Source: Candidatus Dojkabacteria bacterium
GTDB taxonomy: Bacteria; Patescibacteriota; Dojkabacteria; GCA-002793355
Assembly: GCA_030583825.1 (NCBI GenBank)
Contig: CP129477.1
Location: forward strand, 1,024,221-1,088,220
DNA: 64,000 bases
Direction of reading: 5' to 3'
A program made the translations under genes and the position numbers. Under the pieces are notes generated by a model. The model saw only the letters and a list, made by a program, of their open reading frames with translations. It made no database searches and was not told the origin of the DNA. Positions 36,999-45,953 of this stretch are shown one piece after another. Positions within the stretch are counted from its first letter, which is position 1; each line of letters opens with the position of its first letter.

Positions 36999-38396
36999 AT
37001 GACATTGCCAAAGAATATAAATCTACAGACCGTTCTTCTTGTTGTGTTATTCATTCTTGGTGCTGGTATTGTTTTTGGACAATTAATCCAATCTGGAAAG
37101 CTGGCTCTTTTTGATCGCTATGCTTGCGAAGGAGGAACTTTTACTTCTGCGCAACCTTCGATTCAGCATTTTTCAGTATCAAACCAAGCAGCTGTTCGTA
37201 ACGCAGAGCTCACCTTTAGTTGGCAAACTCGGAACACCGATAAAGTAACAATTTCAGGAATCAGTCGTGTACTCGCATCTCAAGGAGAAACGTCTGCAGT
37301 AATCACACGACCAGGAAAATACACACTTCGAGCATACAACGGTAATTGTTTTCGAGAAAGAGCTTTAACAATTGTTTTTGGGGAGGGCATTTCCGCTCCA
37401 TGGGTGGGGTCAATTATACTTATATTCTTTGTACTGCTTATAGATGCAATTCGACTTGCAGTGACTACCGACGCATCAATTGATTCGCTTGATGCAGGAA
37501 ACATATGGCTTTCATTAAAAGAGTTTATTGAAAAACTTCAAAAGAAAAAACGATGGGGAGTCGTTTACGACTCAACAACAAAAGATCCACTCTCTCGCGT
37601 TATTATTAGACTTCACGATGCAGCAACCAATGCACTTATTGAAACGACAGTGAGTGGTACAAATGGTATCTTCAAACTAAACCCAAAGGCAGGTCAATAC
37701 GTTATCCGAGTATCAAAGCCTGGCCACGTATTTCCTTCACAGCTTGTATTAACAGCTCATGATGGCGCATTCTCAAGAGTATATAAAGGAGAATTACTAC
37801 CGGTGGCAGTGGCAGGACAGTCTTTACATATTTCTATTCCGATGGATCCTGAAGATATTTCTCAAGTATCGCGAGTTTTCAGGACGTCCAGCATTGCAAT
37901 GGAAGCAGTATTCCGTTGGGGAGGATTGCTCGGAATGGTCATTGGTGGCGCAATCAGCTTAAGTAATGCAATCATCTATCCGCAAATAGGCACAATTCTC
38001 ACCTTAGCGTTCTTTACTTTTTTTATAATGGGCAAACTATATTCTCTCTTTCAAAAACAAAAGGAGTTTGGGGTAGTGAAAGATGTTAATGGAAACTTTG
38101 TTGCAAACCTTGAAATTGGTGCATTTGAAACCGAATTTAACACACTTGTTGCAAGAACATTTACCGATAGTGAAGGACGTTATAGCTTTATCGTACCAAC
38201 GCAAAGTTATTCTTTAAAAGTTATTGATCCTCGATACGCTCTCTCTAGCAAAACAGCAATTAATGGCGGAGAGCCTGTAACAACTAAGTATCATCACGAT
38301 GACAATTTTATCCTCATTGCACAAGACATTGTTGTCATGGACATGACTCAGCAAAATACGACACCCCAACCAGAGGAACAAACATTGCAACAATAA
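36999..38396 (+). CDS. membrane protein with two carboxypeptidase-regulatory-like (CarbopepD_reg-type) beta-sandwich domains
   Basis: 465 aa with an N-terminal TM helix and internal TM helices. VVYDSTTKDPLSRVIIRLHD...NGIFKLNPKAGQYVIRVSKPGH and a second TFTDSEGRYSFIVPTQSYSLKV fit the G-x-V-x-D...G-x-Y-x-L pattern. Confidence 0.35.
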   Translation: MTLPKNINLQTVLLVVLFILGAGIVFGQLIQSGKLALFDRYACEGGTFTSAQPSIQHFSVSNQAAVRNAELTFSWQTRNTDKVTISGISRVLASQGETSAVITRPGKYTLRAYNGNCFRERALTIVFGEGISAPWVGSIILIFFVLLIDAIRLAVTTDASIDSLDAGNIWLSLKEFIEKLQKKKRWGVVYDSTTKDPLSRVIIRLHDAATNALIETTVSGTNGIFKLNPKAGQYVIRVSKPGHVFPSQLVLTAHDGAFSRVYKGELLPVAVAGQSLHISIPMDPEDISQVSRVFRTSSIAMEAVFRWGGLLGMVIGGAISLSNAIIYPQIGTILTLAFFTFFIMGKLYSLFQKQKEFGVVKDVNGNFVANLEIGAFETEFNTLVARTFTDSEGRYSFIVPTQSYSLKVIDPRYALSSKTAINGGEPVTTKYHHDDNFILIAQDIVVMDMTQQNTTPQPEEQTLQQ

Positions 38397-38430
38397 AAAA
38401 AGGAGGCCTTGCGACCTCCTTTTTATTTCG
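38397..38430. terminator. bidirectional intrinsic terminator between convergent genes
   Basis: aaaaaaAGGAGGCCttgcGACCTCCTttttattt: a hairpin flanked by A-runs upstream and T-runs downstream. Confidence 0.55.
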
Positions 38431-38445
38431 ATACAACGAAACCGA

Positions 38446-38793
38446 CTATCTTGTTAATCGGCGAACTGTTCGTGCTGATGTTTTTGAGAATTTTTCCCAT
38501 TCTTTCAACAATGCTGTACGAATTGCTACAAGATCATCCTGATCGAATGACTTAAGCTTCTCGTATGCTTCCATTGCTTCATCAACAATTTTCTCATATG
38601 CCTCTTCTGACATTTCACGAAGCTCTTTTGCTCGCTTCTGAACTTCTACAGAAAGATGATCAACATATTTGCGCAGATCTTCTCGCAATTCTTTTCCACT
38701 TTTAGGTGCTGAGAATAGTCCTGCTAGTACACCAAACGATGCACCTGCAAGTACTCCTGCAAATAAACCTTTTAGAAATGATCCTTTGCTCAT
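38446..38793 (-). CDS. YtxH-like (DUF948) membrane-anchored helical protein
   Basis: 115 aa. The N-terminus GLFAGVLAGASFGVLAGLFSAPKSGKELREDL is followed by long charged helices. Confidence 0.5.
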   Translation of the reverse strand: MSKGSFLKGLFAGVLAGASFGVLAGLFSAPKSGKELREDLRKYVDHLSVEVQKRAKELREMSEEAYEKIVDEAMEAYEKLKSFDQDDLVAIRTALLKEWEKFSKTSARTVRRLTR

Positions 38794-38837
38794 AATAAAG
38801 GGCAGATAATAAATTAGTTAAACCTATTACTACTATA

Positions 38838-39335
38838 CTATATGCGTGAGACTTGTTCAAGAAAACCGACATACGCAATTGCGATAGCGTCGGCAACATC
38901 ATCGGTTTTTGGATCCTGAGTAAAGTGAAAAATTTGTTTTAGCATGTATTGAATCTGCTGCTTTTGGGCATTTCCTACACCTGTAATTTTCTTCTTTAGT
39001 GTACGTGGATGAACTTCCGCATATTGGCAATTCCCTTCTTGAACTGCAATTTTGATGACCCCGCGTACTTCACTGACAATCATTGCTGTTTTTACATTTT
39101 TAGCAAAGAAAAGTTCTTCTGCGTATACAATAGTTGGTTGGTGTATCTCAATAAGTTGCACAAGATCCGTGTAAATTTCTTTAAGACGCATTTCAGAACT
39201 TTGTTTTTTATCTGAGCTTATTAGCCCGGAAGAAATATACTGGAAGTCTTTGAATGATTTTCCTTCGACAATACCCCATCCAAGTCGGTCAATGCCTGGG
39301 TCAAGCCCAAGGACTTTTATTTGTTGACTATTCAT
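38838..39335 (-). CDS. ruvC: crossover junction endodeoxyribonuclease RuvC
   Basis: KVLGLDPGIDRLGWGIVEG resembles the RuvC N-terminus with its catalytic Asp. The likely start is Met-19 at 39335. The track ORF extends to 39389 and overlaps yebC. Confidence 0.75.
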   Translation of the reverse strand: MNSQQIKVLGLDPGIDRLGWGIVEGKSFKDFQYISSGLISSDKKQSSEMRLKEIYTDLVQLIEIHQPTIVYAEELFFAKNVKTAMIVSEVRGVIKIAVQEGNCQYAEVHPRTLKKKITGVGNAQKQQIQYMLKQIFHFTQDPKTDDVADAIAIAYVGFLEQVSRI

Positions 39336-40110
39336 TGTTTGCTGTATGCCATACTTTCTGAACATCGGGATGCTCTTCCATCTTTTCAATGAAACGCCTG
39401 AATGACTCTAACTTTGAAGCATCAAGCACCATTTCATCATTTGCCGAAAAGTGCTGCCCCGATGAAAGCACAACATACCCCTTTGATTTAATTGCCTGCG
39501 TGATTTGAGCCAATTGGTTCATTGGCGCAAGAACATAACAAATATTAGGGGTTTCCGAGTCATCAAGGTTTATATCCATAATATCGGGAACATCCATAAG
39601 GTCAAGCATAGCCTCTTCACCATTTTTTACAACTTCCTCATCGGGCTCACCAAATTTTTCACCTTTTTTAATGACAGCGCACTTTACTTCAATTAATCCA
39701 CTTTCTGTAAACTGCCACTGTACAGATCCAGGTTCGCCCATTGCTCCACCGAATTCAGTAAAAATACTTCGCAATTCGCTTACTGTACGGTTTTTACTAT
39801 CTGTAATTGCATATACGATAACAGGCACATTTCCTGGGCCATATCCTTCGTATAGTGCTTTAGAGAGTTGTGAGCCTTCACCTGTTCCGGCTCCTTTTTG
39901 AATAGCCCGTTCGATATTATCTTTGGGCATATTAACCATTTTCGCATTATCAATTGCAATACGTAATGCAAGATTATGGTTAGGGTCTCCGCCACCTTCT
40001 CGTGCAGCAAGAATAATTTGCATCGCAGCGCGGGTAAACAGAACACCTCTTTTATGATCTTCCTTTCCCTTTTTGCGCTGGATGTTGCTCCAATGTGAAT
40101 GTCCAGCCAT
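39328..40110 (-). CDS. yebC: YebC/PmpR-family DNA-binding regulatory protein
   Basis: 260 aa. The N-terminus MAGHSHWSNIQRKKGKEDHKRG is diagnostic of YebC. Confidence 0.85.
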   Translation of the reverse strand: MAGHSHWSNIQRKKGKEDHKRGVLFTRAAMQIILAAREGGGDPNHNLALRIAIDNAKMVNMPKDNIERAIQKGAGTGEGSQLSKALYEGYGPGNVPVIVYAITDSKNRTVSELRSIFTEFGGAMGEPGSVQWQFTESGLIEVKCAVIKKGEKFGEPDEEVVKNGEEAMLDLMDVPDIMDINLDDSETPNICYVLAPMNQLAQITQAIKSKGYVVLSSGQHFSANDEMVLDASKLESFRRFIEKMEEHPDVQKVWHTANNE

Positions 40111-40127
40111 GTTAGGTTTGTGTAAAA

Positions 40128-42584
40128 TTAATCAAATGAGCCAGGTTCATGCTCTGGGCCAGCTCCTGTTTGTGTCGCCCAGCGATTTAACTTTTCCTCA
40201 ATATCAGCTCGTGGAACAGCATATTGCTGTCTGGATGCTTCTTTGATTGCCTCTTTGAATCCTTGCGGCGAGTAACGAAACGGCAGTGACTTTGCACTAA
40301 ATGGCTCTGATATTCTATCATTTATGACCATTCTCATATACATATGCCAGTTAGGCAATGAGAGAAAGTCTTCTGATGTCACATATGGAGCGAACTCCTG
40401 TGACAAAACGTATGCATCTTTCTGGCTAACGCTAAACGCAACCATAGATCCGACGTTTCCAAAGATTCCAGCACGAAGCTGAATTGGAAGCTGCTCGATA
40501 AACTGGTGAGCCATTGTTAAACCAAGATGATACTTACGCGCTTCTGACAAAATATTTACAAATGCGTCTGTCGTGAAGCTTTGAAACTCGTCAATATACA
40601 AACTAAAGTCAGGACGCTCATGTTCAAGCATATCTACTCTTTCCATTGCTGTTGTGTATAAACGAGTGATTAATAAACCACCAAGCAATGCGGAGTTTTC
40701 TTCACCAATTCGTCCCTTAGAAAGGTTCATAATAAAGATCTTTTTATTATCAAGAACTTCACGCATATTAATTGTTGATTTCACCTGACCAAGAATGTTA
40801 CGCACAATACGTGGAGATAAATATCGTCCAATTTTATTTTGAATTGGAGCAATTGCTTCGGTCAACATCTTTTTATTTTCTTCAATTGCTACAAATTCAT
40901 CTCTCCAAAAGCGAAGTACGATTGGATCGCGAACATGTGAAAGGACACGCTTTCGGTATGCTTTGTCCACAAGCATTCGCTGAATAGAAAGCAATGTGGT
41001 TCCCTGAGATTCTAAGGCCGTCAAAATTGCGTTATACAGCATGTATTCTAATCGAGGGCCCCATGAATCAAAATACTTCTTAAACACTGCGACAACACCA
41101 TCAGCAACAAGATCTCGTTGGTTTCTATCTTTTAAATACAAAGGATTGAACCCAATTGGAAACTCTGTGTCTCCCGGATTAAAATACACAACATCATTGA
41201 TTCTGTGCTCAGGAACATAGTCCAAAACAAACTCTGCAAGCTCACCGTGCGGGTCAACAACACCAACGCCTTCGCCATTCATAATGTCAGAGACAATCAT
41301 ATTTTTCATAAGGCTCGATTTTCCGGTTCCGCTCTTACCGATAATATACATATGTCTGCGCTGATCTTGCTTGTTAATACCAAAAATTCTATGATCACCT
41401 CGATAATCAGTTTTTCCGAAAATAACACCTTCTTCGTATTCAAGGTCTCCTGGCGGAGGAAGTTTTCCTGTGGTAGAAAAGAAAATAGAAGATGTTGTTC
41501 CATATGTATTAGGCAAGTGATACAACGACGCAAGCTCTTCGATATTAAAAATGTTTTGTTCGGTTTCGGAAATTGCTCTTTGCCGCATTGCATAGTACAC
41601 ATCTGCCGAACTTTTCTCTCCATCAAGGACAAGTGTGTTTAAGTGAGCAGTTGCATATTGCCTGAATGACGCAACAATTCCATCAAATACCTGTATTGCC
41701 CTGTTTGGATCTTCTGACTTTACTAACACACGAATAGCACACTGGAAACCTGCTTTTTCTGCTTTCATTTCGACTTTCTTGATCTCTTCTTCCTGATAGT
41801 GTTCCAGCTTAACTGCAGGAGGAGTTACAGGCTTTGGAATTGGCTTTGAAGGGTCAGTATTCATACCATCAAGCAAGAACTTTGCAATACCTCCAAAGAA
41901 TCCGGTAATAATGCCAAAAAATCCACCCCAGAATCCATCTTTACTGGCAAAAAAGTTAACCCCTTCACGTGTACTTTTTACATATTGCTGTGAAGTTTTC
42001 TGCCATATGTTTGGATACGGGCGAACAACTATTTGTAACCAGGCTTCTTCGCCAAGAAACAGCTCACTAATTGAACCCGCAATTGCAGACAAAGGATCTA
42101 CATCAAAGTCACGAAATGACTTAATCGGAAAGATAAATGGGCGTTCAAATACAATCTCACCTGCAGAAACCTGAGCACTTGTTCCCCATTTTTCACTTTC
42201 TTGCATATAATCATCAACCTGTGCAATCTCCGCATTAGGATACTGTGCATATACTTGTGTTTTCACAAAGTTAGCAATTGCGTTTGGGAGAGTAATATGA
42301 AAACGAACACCTGCTTTTGAGTCTGAATACATTTCGAGGCTGAGAATATTCACCACGCCAGTATCTTTGTAAAGTCCATGCAGTGAAGCAAACATTTGCT
42401 CTGCGGCAAGAGGAGTTTTATCGTTATTTCGGGGAATAGCAATTCGCAATACAACCATTTCTTCAGGCTGCAACATTGTTTGGGTTCCTCCCGGAAATAT
42501 AGCATTCTCCTTTGGACGGTTCAGAACCACCACAAGCAAAAGTAATAACGCTGCACCAATAACGCCTGCTAATATAAGAATCAT
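40128..42584 (-). CDS. membrane-anchored AAA-like ATPase of the TraD/TraG/VirD4 (T4SS coupling protein) / HerA-DUF87 lineage
   Basis: 818 aa. The N-terminus has a TM helix, and an internal Gly-rich hydrophobic stretch (GFWGGFFGIITGFFGGIAKFLL) follows. Walker A YIIGKSGTGKSSLMKN, then VVDPHGEL, then Walker B LYIDEFQSF, then ARKYHLGLTMAHQFIEQL. Confidence 0.5.
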   Translation of the reverse strand: MILILAGVIGAALLLLLVVVLNRPKENAIFPGGTQTMLQPEEMVVLRIAIPRNNDKTPLAAEQMFASLHGLYKDTGVVNILSLEMYSDSKAGVRFHITLPNAIANFVKTQVYAQYPNAEIAQVDDYMQESEKWGTSAQVSAGEIVFERPFIFPIKSFRDFDVDPLSAIAGSISELFLGEEAWLQIVVRPYPNIWQKTSQQYVKSTREGVNFFASKDGFWGGFFGIITGFFGGIAKFLLDGMNTDPSKPIPKPVTPPAVKLEHYQEEEIKKVEMKAEKAGFQCAIRVLVKSEDPNRAIQVFDGIVASFRQYATAHLNTLVLDGEKSSADVYYAMRQRAISETEQNIFNIEELASLYHLPNTYGTTSSIFFSTTGKLPPPGDLEYEEGVIFGKTDYRGDHRIFGINKQDQRRHMYIIGKSGTGKSSLMKNMIVSDIMNGEGVGVVDPHGELAEFVLDYVPEHRINDVVYFNPGDTEFPIGFNPLYLKDRNQRDLVADGVVAVFKKYFDSWGPRLEYMLYNAILTALESQGTTLLSIQRMLVDKAYRKRVLSHVRDPIVLRFWRDEFVAIEENKKMLTEAIAPIQNKIGRYLSPRIVRNILGQVKSTINMREVLDNKKIFIMNLSKGRIGEENSALLGGLLITRLYTTAMERVDMLEHERPDFSLYIDEFQSFTTDAFVNILSEARKYHLGLTMAHQFIEQLPIQLRAGIFGNVGSMVAFSVSQKDAYVLSQEFAPYVTSEDFLSLPNWHMYMRMVINDRISEPFSAKSLPFRYSPQGFKEAIKEASRQQYAVPRADIEEKLNRWATQTGAGPEHEPGSFD

Positions 42585-42593
42585 TGCTCTATT

Positions 42594-43604
42594 TTATCTG
42601 TTAAGTAGAATAACGACAATATCCCCTGTAGTAACTACCCCTTCTGGCCTGCCTTCTCTGATAGCAACTTTCCCTCCGGTTGGCAGTGCACTGATAATAA
42701 GCTCCTGGGTACGGGGATATGCTCCAAATTGTTTAACAAAAACGATAGCGTCATTTTGAGAATTATCTACGTACGAAGCATTTCCCACTCTGGAAACCTC
42801 AATTCCCAGCATTGTGAGCTTATTCGATACAAGACTTGCGTATCCTGAAATTGTTGAACTATTATAAACTTCTACAAATGCCTGCTCTTTGGCAATATCT
42901 TCGATGCGAAAAATATCGGGGTACTGCTCTCTAAATGCATTAAACGTAACAACCGGCACTTTTGTTCCATCTTCAAGAAGCTGGATGGGGATAAAATCCA
43001 TATTAAATTCTTTTCTCTGGCTATTGTTATACTGAGACAAAATTTGCGCAAACTGAAACATTTTTACATTTGTAGCAATAGGAATACTTCCCTGCTTTAC
43101 TATTAAAAACTCTAGCGGAACACCTGTAAGCAATGAGACTTGCTCTGCAAGCCAACAATAGTTAGTAGTTTGCGATTGAGTTTCTAGTTTGCTTAAGCGA
43201 AGCAGCTCAGATACCTGCGAATAAGGAAACTTCTCAGAAAAGAATACACGTACCCACTCAGAAGAATGAATATCTATGCTGACATATCCCTGCTGCTGGT
43301 TGATTCCAAGCACTTGTATTTTTTTCACTGACTCTTTTTCGACATCAATAATGACACCATATGCAGGCTGCTCTCGAATTTTTACAAAGAATGACTGACA
43401 AGAGTTAAACGCTCCATCTCCAGGGATAAATGAATAGTAGTAAAACCATACTCCAATACCAACGAGTGCAGACAGAACTGTAACAACTGCCGTAAATATA
43501 AGCAGATTTCGTGATATCCACTTTGCCGGAGCCAGTACGTTTCCCAAAGCAACCTTGAATGATTGCTTTGGTTGTTTTCTCTTGAAATATTTCTGTTGGC
43601 GCAT
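42594..43604 (-). CDS. membrane protein with C-terminal LytR_C (LytR/CpsA/Psr C-terminal) domain
   Basis: 336 aa with an N-terminal TM helix. The C-terminus YASLVSNKLTMLGIEVSRVGNAS...IISALPTGGKV...DIVVILLNR matches the LytR_C pattern. Confidence 0.4.
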   Translation of the reverse strand: MRQQKYFKRKQPKQSFKVALGNVLAPAKWISRNLLIFTAVVTVLSALVGIGVWFYYYSFIPGDGAFNSCQSFFVKIREQPAYGVIIDVEKESVKKIQVLGINQQQGYVSIDIHSSEWVRVFFSEKFPYSQVSELLRLSKLETQSQTTNYCWLAEQVSLLTGVPLEFLIVKQGSIPIATNVKMFQFAQILSQYNNSQRKEFNMDFIPIQLLEDGTKVPVVTFNAFREQYPDIFRIEDIAKEQAFVEVYNSSTISGYASLVSNKLTMLGIEVSRVGNASYVDNSQNDAIVFVKQFGAYPRTQELIISALPTGGKVAIREGRPEGVVTTGDIVVILLNR

Positions 43605-43624
43605 TATAACTATAGTAATTTAAC

Positions 43625-44932
43625 TTGAAGAATATTTCCACAATGCTTATTAAAGACATTATTGCAAGAGAGATTTTGAACTCACGCGGACTTCCAGCAG
43701 TAGAAGTTGATGTTATTACCGATGATGGCTTTGTTTCTCGTGGATCTGCCCCTTCAGGAGCTTCAACAGGAACATTTGAATCAATTGAAATTACAGACGG
43801 CGAAGAAGCATTCGGTGGAAAAGGTGTAGACAAAGCAGTTGCAAATGTCGTGAACCTTATTAAGCCAGCATTGATTGGCAAAGATCCGACAAACCAAAAA
43901 GAAATTGACACAATTATGATGAAACTTGACGGCACGCCAAACGAAGCGAGACTTGGGGGAAATGCCGTATTGGCAGTATCTATTGCTGCATGTAAAGCAG
44001 GTGCGCATGTAAAAAATGTTCCAGTATATCAGCATGTTCACGAAATTTTTGACAAAGCAGCAGCAACATACACCATTCCTGTTCCTATGTTCAATGTTAT
44101 TAACGGAGGAGCACATGCAGACAACAATATTGCAATTCAGGAATTTATGGTTGTTCCAAAGGGAATTGCAACATATGACTTACAATTACGTGCAGGCGCA
44201 GAAATTTATCAAATATTAAAGAAACTTATTAAATCAAAAGGACTTTCAACAGGCGTTGGCGACGAAGGTGGATTTGCCCCCTCACTTACCTCAGATGTCG
44301 AAGCAATTAAGCTGATTCTTCAGGCATGCGAGGAAGCAGGATACCAGCCAGGTAAAGATGTCTTTATCGCACTTGACATTGCTATTGATCAATATGCAAT
44401 AAAATCTGAGTCGGGCACTTTTTCCTACGTTTTTCCTCACCAGGGAGATGATGGAACATTGACACTTCGAGACCAGATTGAAATCATTTCTTACTATGAA
44501 GAGCTTGTTCGACGATTTCCAATCACCTCAATCGAAGATGGGCTTGGCGAAGAAGATTGGAATTTCTGGCCGACATTGACCTCAAAACTTCAAGCATTAA
44601 ACGTGCTTTCCATCGGGGACGACTTTACCGTTACCAATCCTAACCGATTGGCAAAAGCCGTCTCAATGAATGCATTGACAGGAATTATTATTAAACCAAA
44701 CCAGGTTGGAACAATTACAGAAGTTCTCGAAGTCGCATCAATTTCAACGCTAAACAATATTACAAAGAATGCTTCTCACCGCTCAGGAGAGACAGAGGAC
44801 AACTTTATTGCTCACTTGGCAGTAGGTATTGACGCACAATTCCTAAAAAACGGTGCAACAGCGCGAAGCGAGCGAGTAGAAAAGTATAACGAGCTACTTC
44901 GAATTCAGGAACAATTGAATAAGAATTCCTAG
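43625..44932 (+). CDS. eno: enolase (phosphopyruvate hydratase)
   Basis: 435 aa. ARE(IL)(DN)SRG, the active-site loop SHRSGETED, and IKPNQVGT are present. Confidence 0.95.
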   Translation: MKNISTMLIKDIIAREILNSRGLPAVEVDVITDDGFVSRGSAPSGASTGTFESIEITDGEEAFGGKGVDKAVANVVNLIKPALIGKDPTNQKEIDTIMMKLDGTPNEARLGGNAVLAVSIAACKAGAHVKNVPVYQHVHEIFDKAAATYTIPVPMFNVINGGAHADNNIAIQEFMVVPKGIATYDLQLRAGAEIYQILKKLIKSKGLSTGVGDEGGFAPSLTSDVEAIKLILQACEEAGYQPGKDVFIALDIAIDQYAIKSESGTFSYVFPHQGDDGTLTLRDQIEIISYYEELVRRFPITSIEDGLGEEDWNFWPTLTSKLQALNVLSIGDDFTVTNPNRLAKAVSMNALTGIIIKPNQVGTITEVLEVASISTLNNITKNASHRSGETEDNFIAHLAVGIDAQFLKNGATARSERVEKYNELLRIQEQLNKNS

Positions 44933-45940
44933 GAAGATAATTCCCCAGTTGAAGAGCCAAAAACGCATGACTACTTTGTAGTCTGGCCATCCTAATGATT
45001 CAAAATGGTGATGAATTGGTGCAATTTTGAATACTCTCCTCTTAAAGAATTTAATGCTGAAGAGCTGTATTGCGCTTGATGCAAAATCAACAAAGTAAAT
45101 CGTCATAAATACCAAAAAAGCAGGAAATATATTGCCGTACAATGCGAGTAATAGGAAAAATGGCCCAAAGATCATTGCTCCAGGAGCTCCCATAAAGAAA
45201 CGTGCCGGTGGAATATTAAAATAAAGATAGACAAACAATACTCCGACAACGATCCCAATAATAGAGCCCATTCCTACATTCATAGAAAGCGCAAAATTAG
45301 CCGGTAGTGCAAGTACGAGGAGAATAAAACCTATCAATGTAATGATATACATTCCCGCTGCAAGCGCATCGAGACCGTCAATAATGTCGGTGGCATTCAT
45401 TGAAACTAACGCCAACACAGAAATAAATAATATACCCCAGGGGGTATTTAAAGGCATGATATATCCGAATATATTTACTGATTCAATTCCTGCTATAAAG
45501 ACAATTGCACAGGCAACCGCAATACTGAGCAGAAATGTAACAAACAACTTAAACATTTTCCATTCAAAGCGCCCCGACATTTCGCGAAGCTTTTGATTAT
45601 TCTTTACGGCCATGTCATACAATCCATCAAGAAAACCGTAAAAGCCGACAATAAAGAAGATAAATGCAGTAGCGTTTACAAATGGAATATGCGGAAAAAG
45701 AATCATCAAGACGACCGGAACGGTCAGCCAAATAAGAATACCACCTAAAGAAGGAGTTCCACTTTTATGCGCATGTAGTCGCACAAATTCTTCATTCATT
45801 TTGTCGCCTGTCAGGATATGTTTTGCAGTAAAATGGAATTTATAAAGGAGGTCGGTCATAGGAACTACCCAGCTCGCTGCCGCAAGTCCGCCGACAAAAA
45901 CACTCAATGCAAGGTCTCGTACCACTTGGATAAATGGCAT
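44894..45940 (-). CDS. mraY: phospho-N-acetylmuramoyl-pentapeptide transferase MraY
   Basis: 348 aa, polytopic. NATDIIDGLDALAAG is the MraY DD-x-D region. APIHHHFESLGW matches the conserved HHH motif. It is the last gene of the mraZ-rsmH-ftsL-ftsI cluster. Confidence 0.75.
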   Translation of the reverse strand: MPFIQVVRDLALSVFVGGLAAASWVVPMTDLLYKFHFTAKHILTGDKMNEEFVRLHAHKSGTPSLGGILIWLTVPVVLMILFPHIPFVNATAFIFFIVGFYGFLDGLYDMAVKNNQKLREMSGRFEWKMFKLFVTFLLSIAVACAIVFIAGIESVNIFGYIMPLNTPWGILFISVLALVSMNATDIIDGLDALAAGMYIITLIGFILLVLALPANFALSMNVGMGSIIGIVVGVLFVYLYFNIPPARFFMGAPGAMIFGPFFLLLALYGNIFPAFLVFMTIYFVDFASSAIQLFSIKFFKRRVFKIAPIHHHFESLGWPDYKVVMRFWLFNWGIIFLGILIQLFLNSK

Positions 45941-45953
45941 ACATTTATTACAG

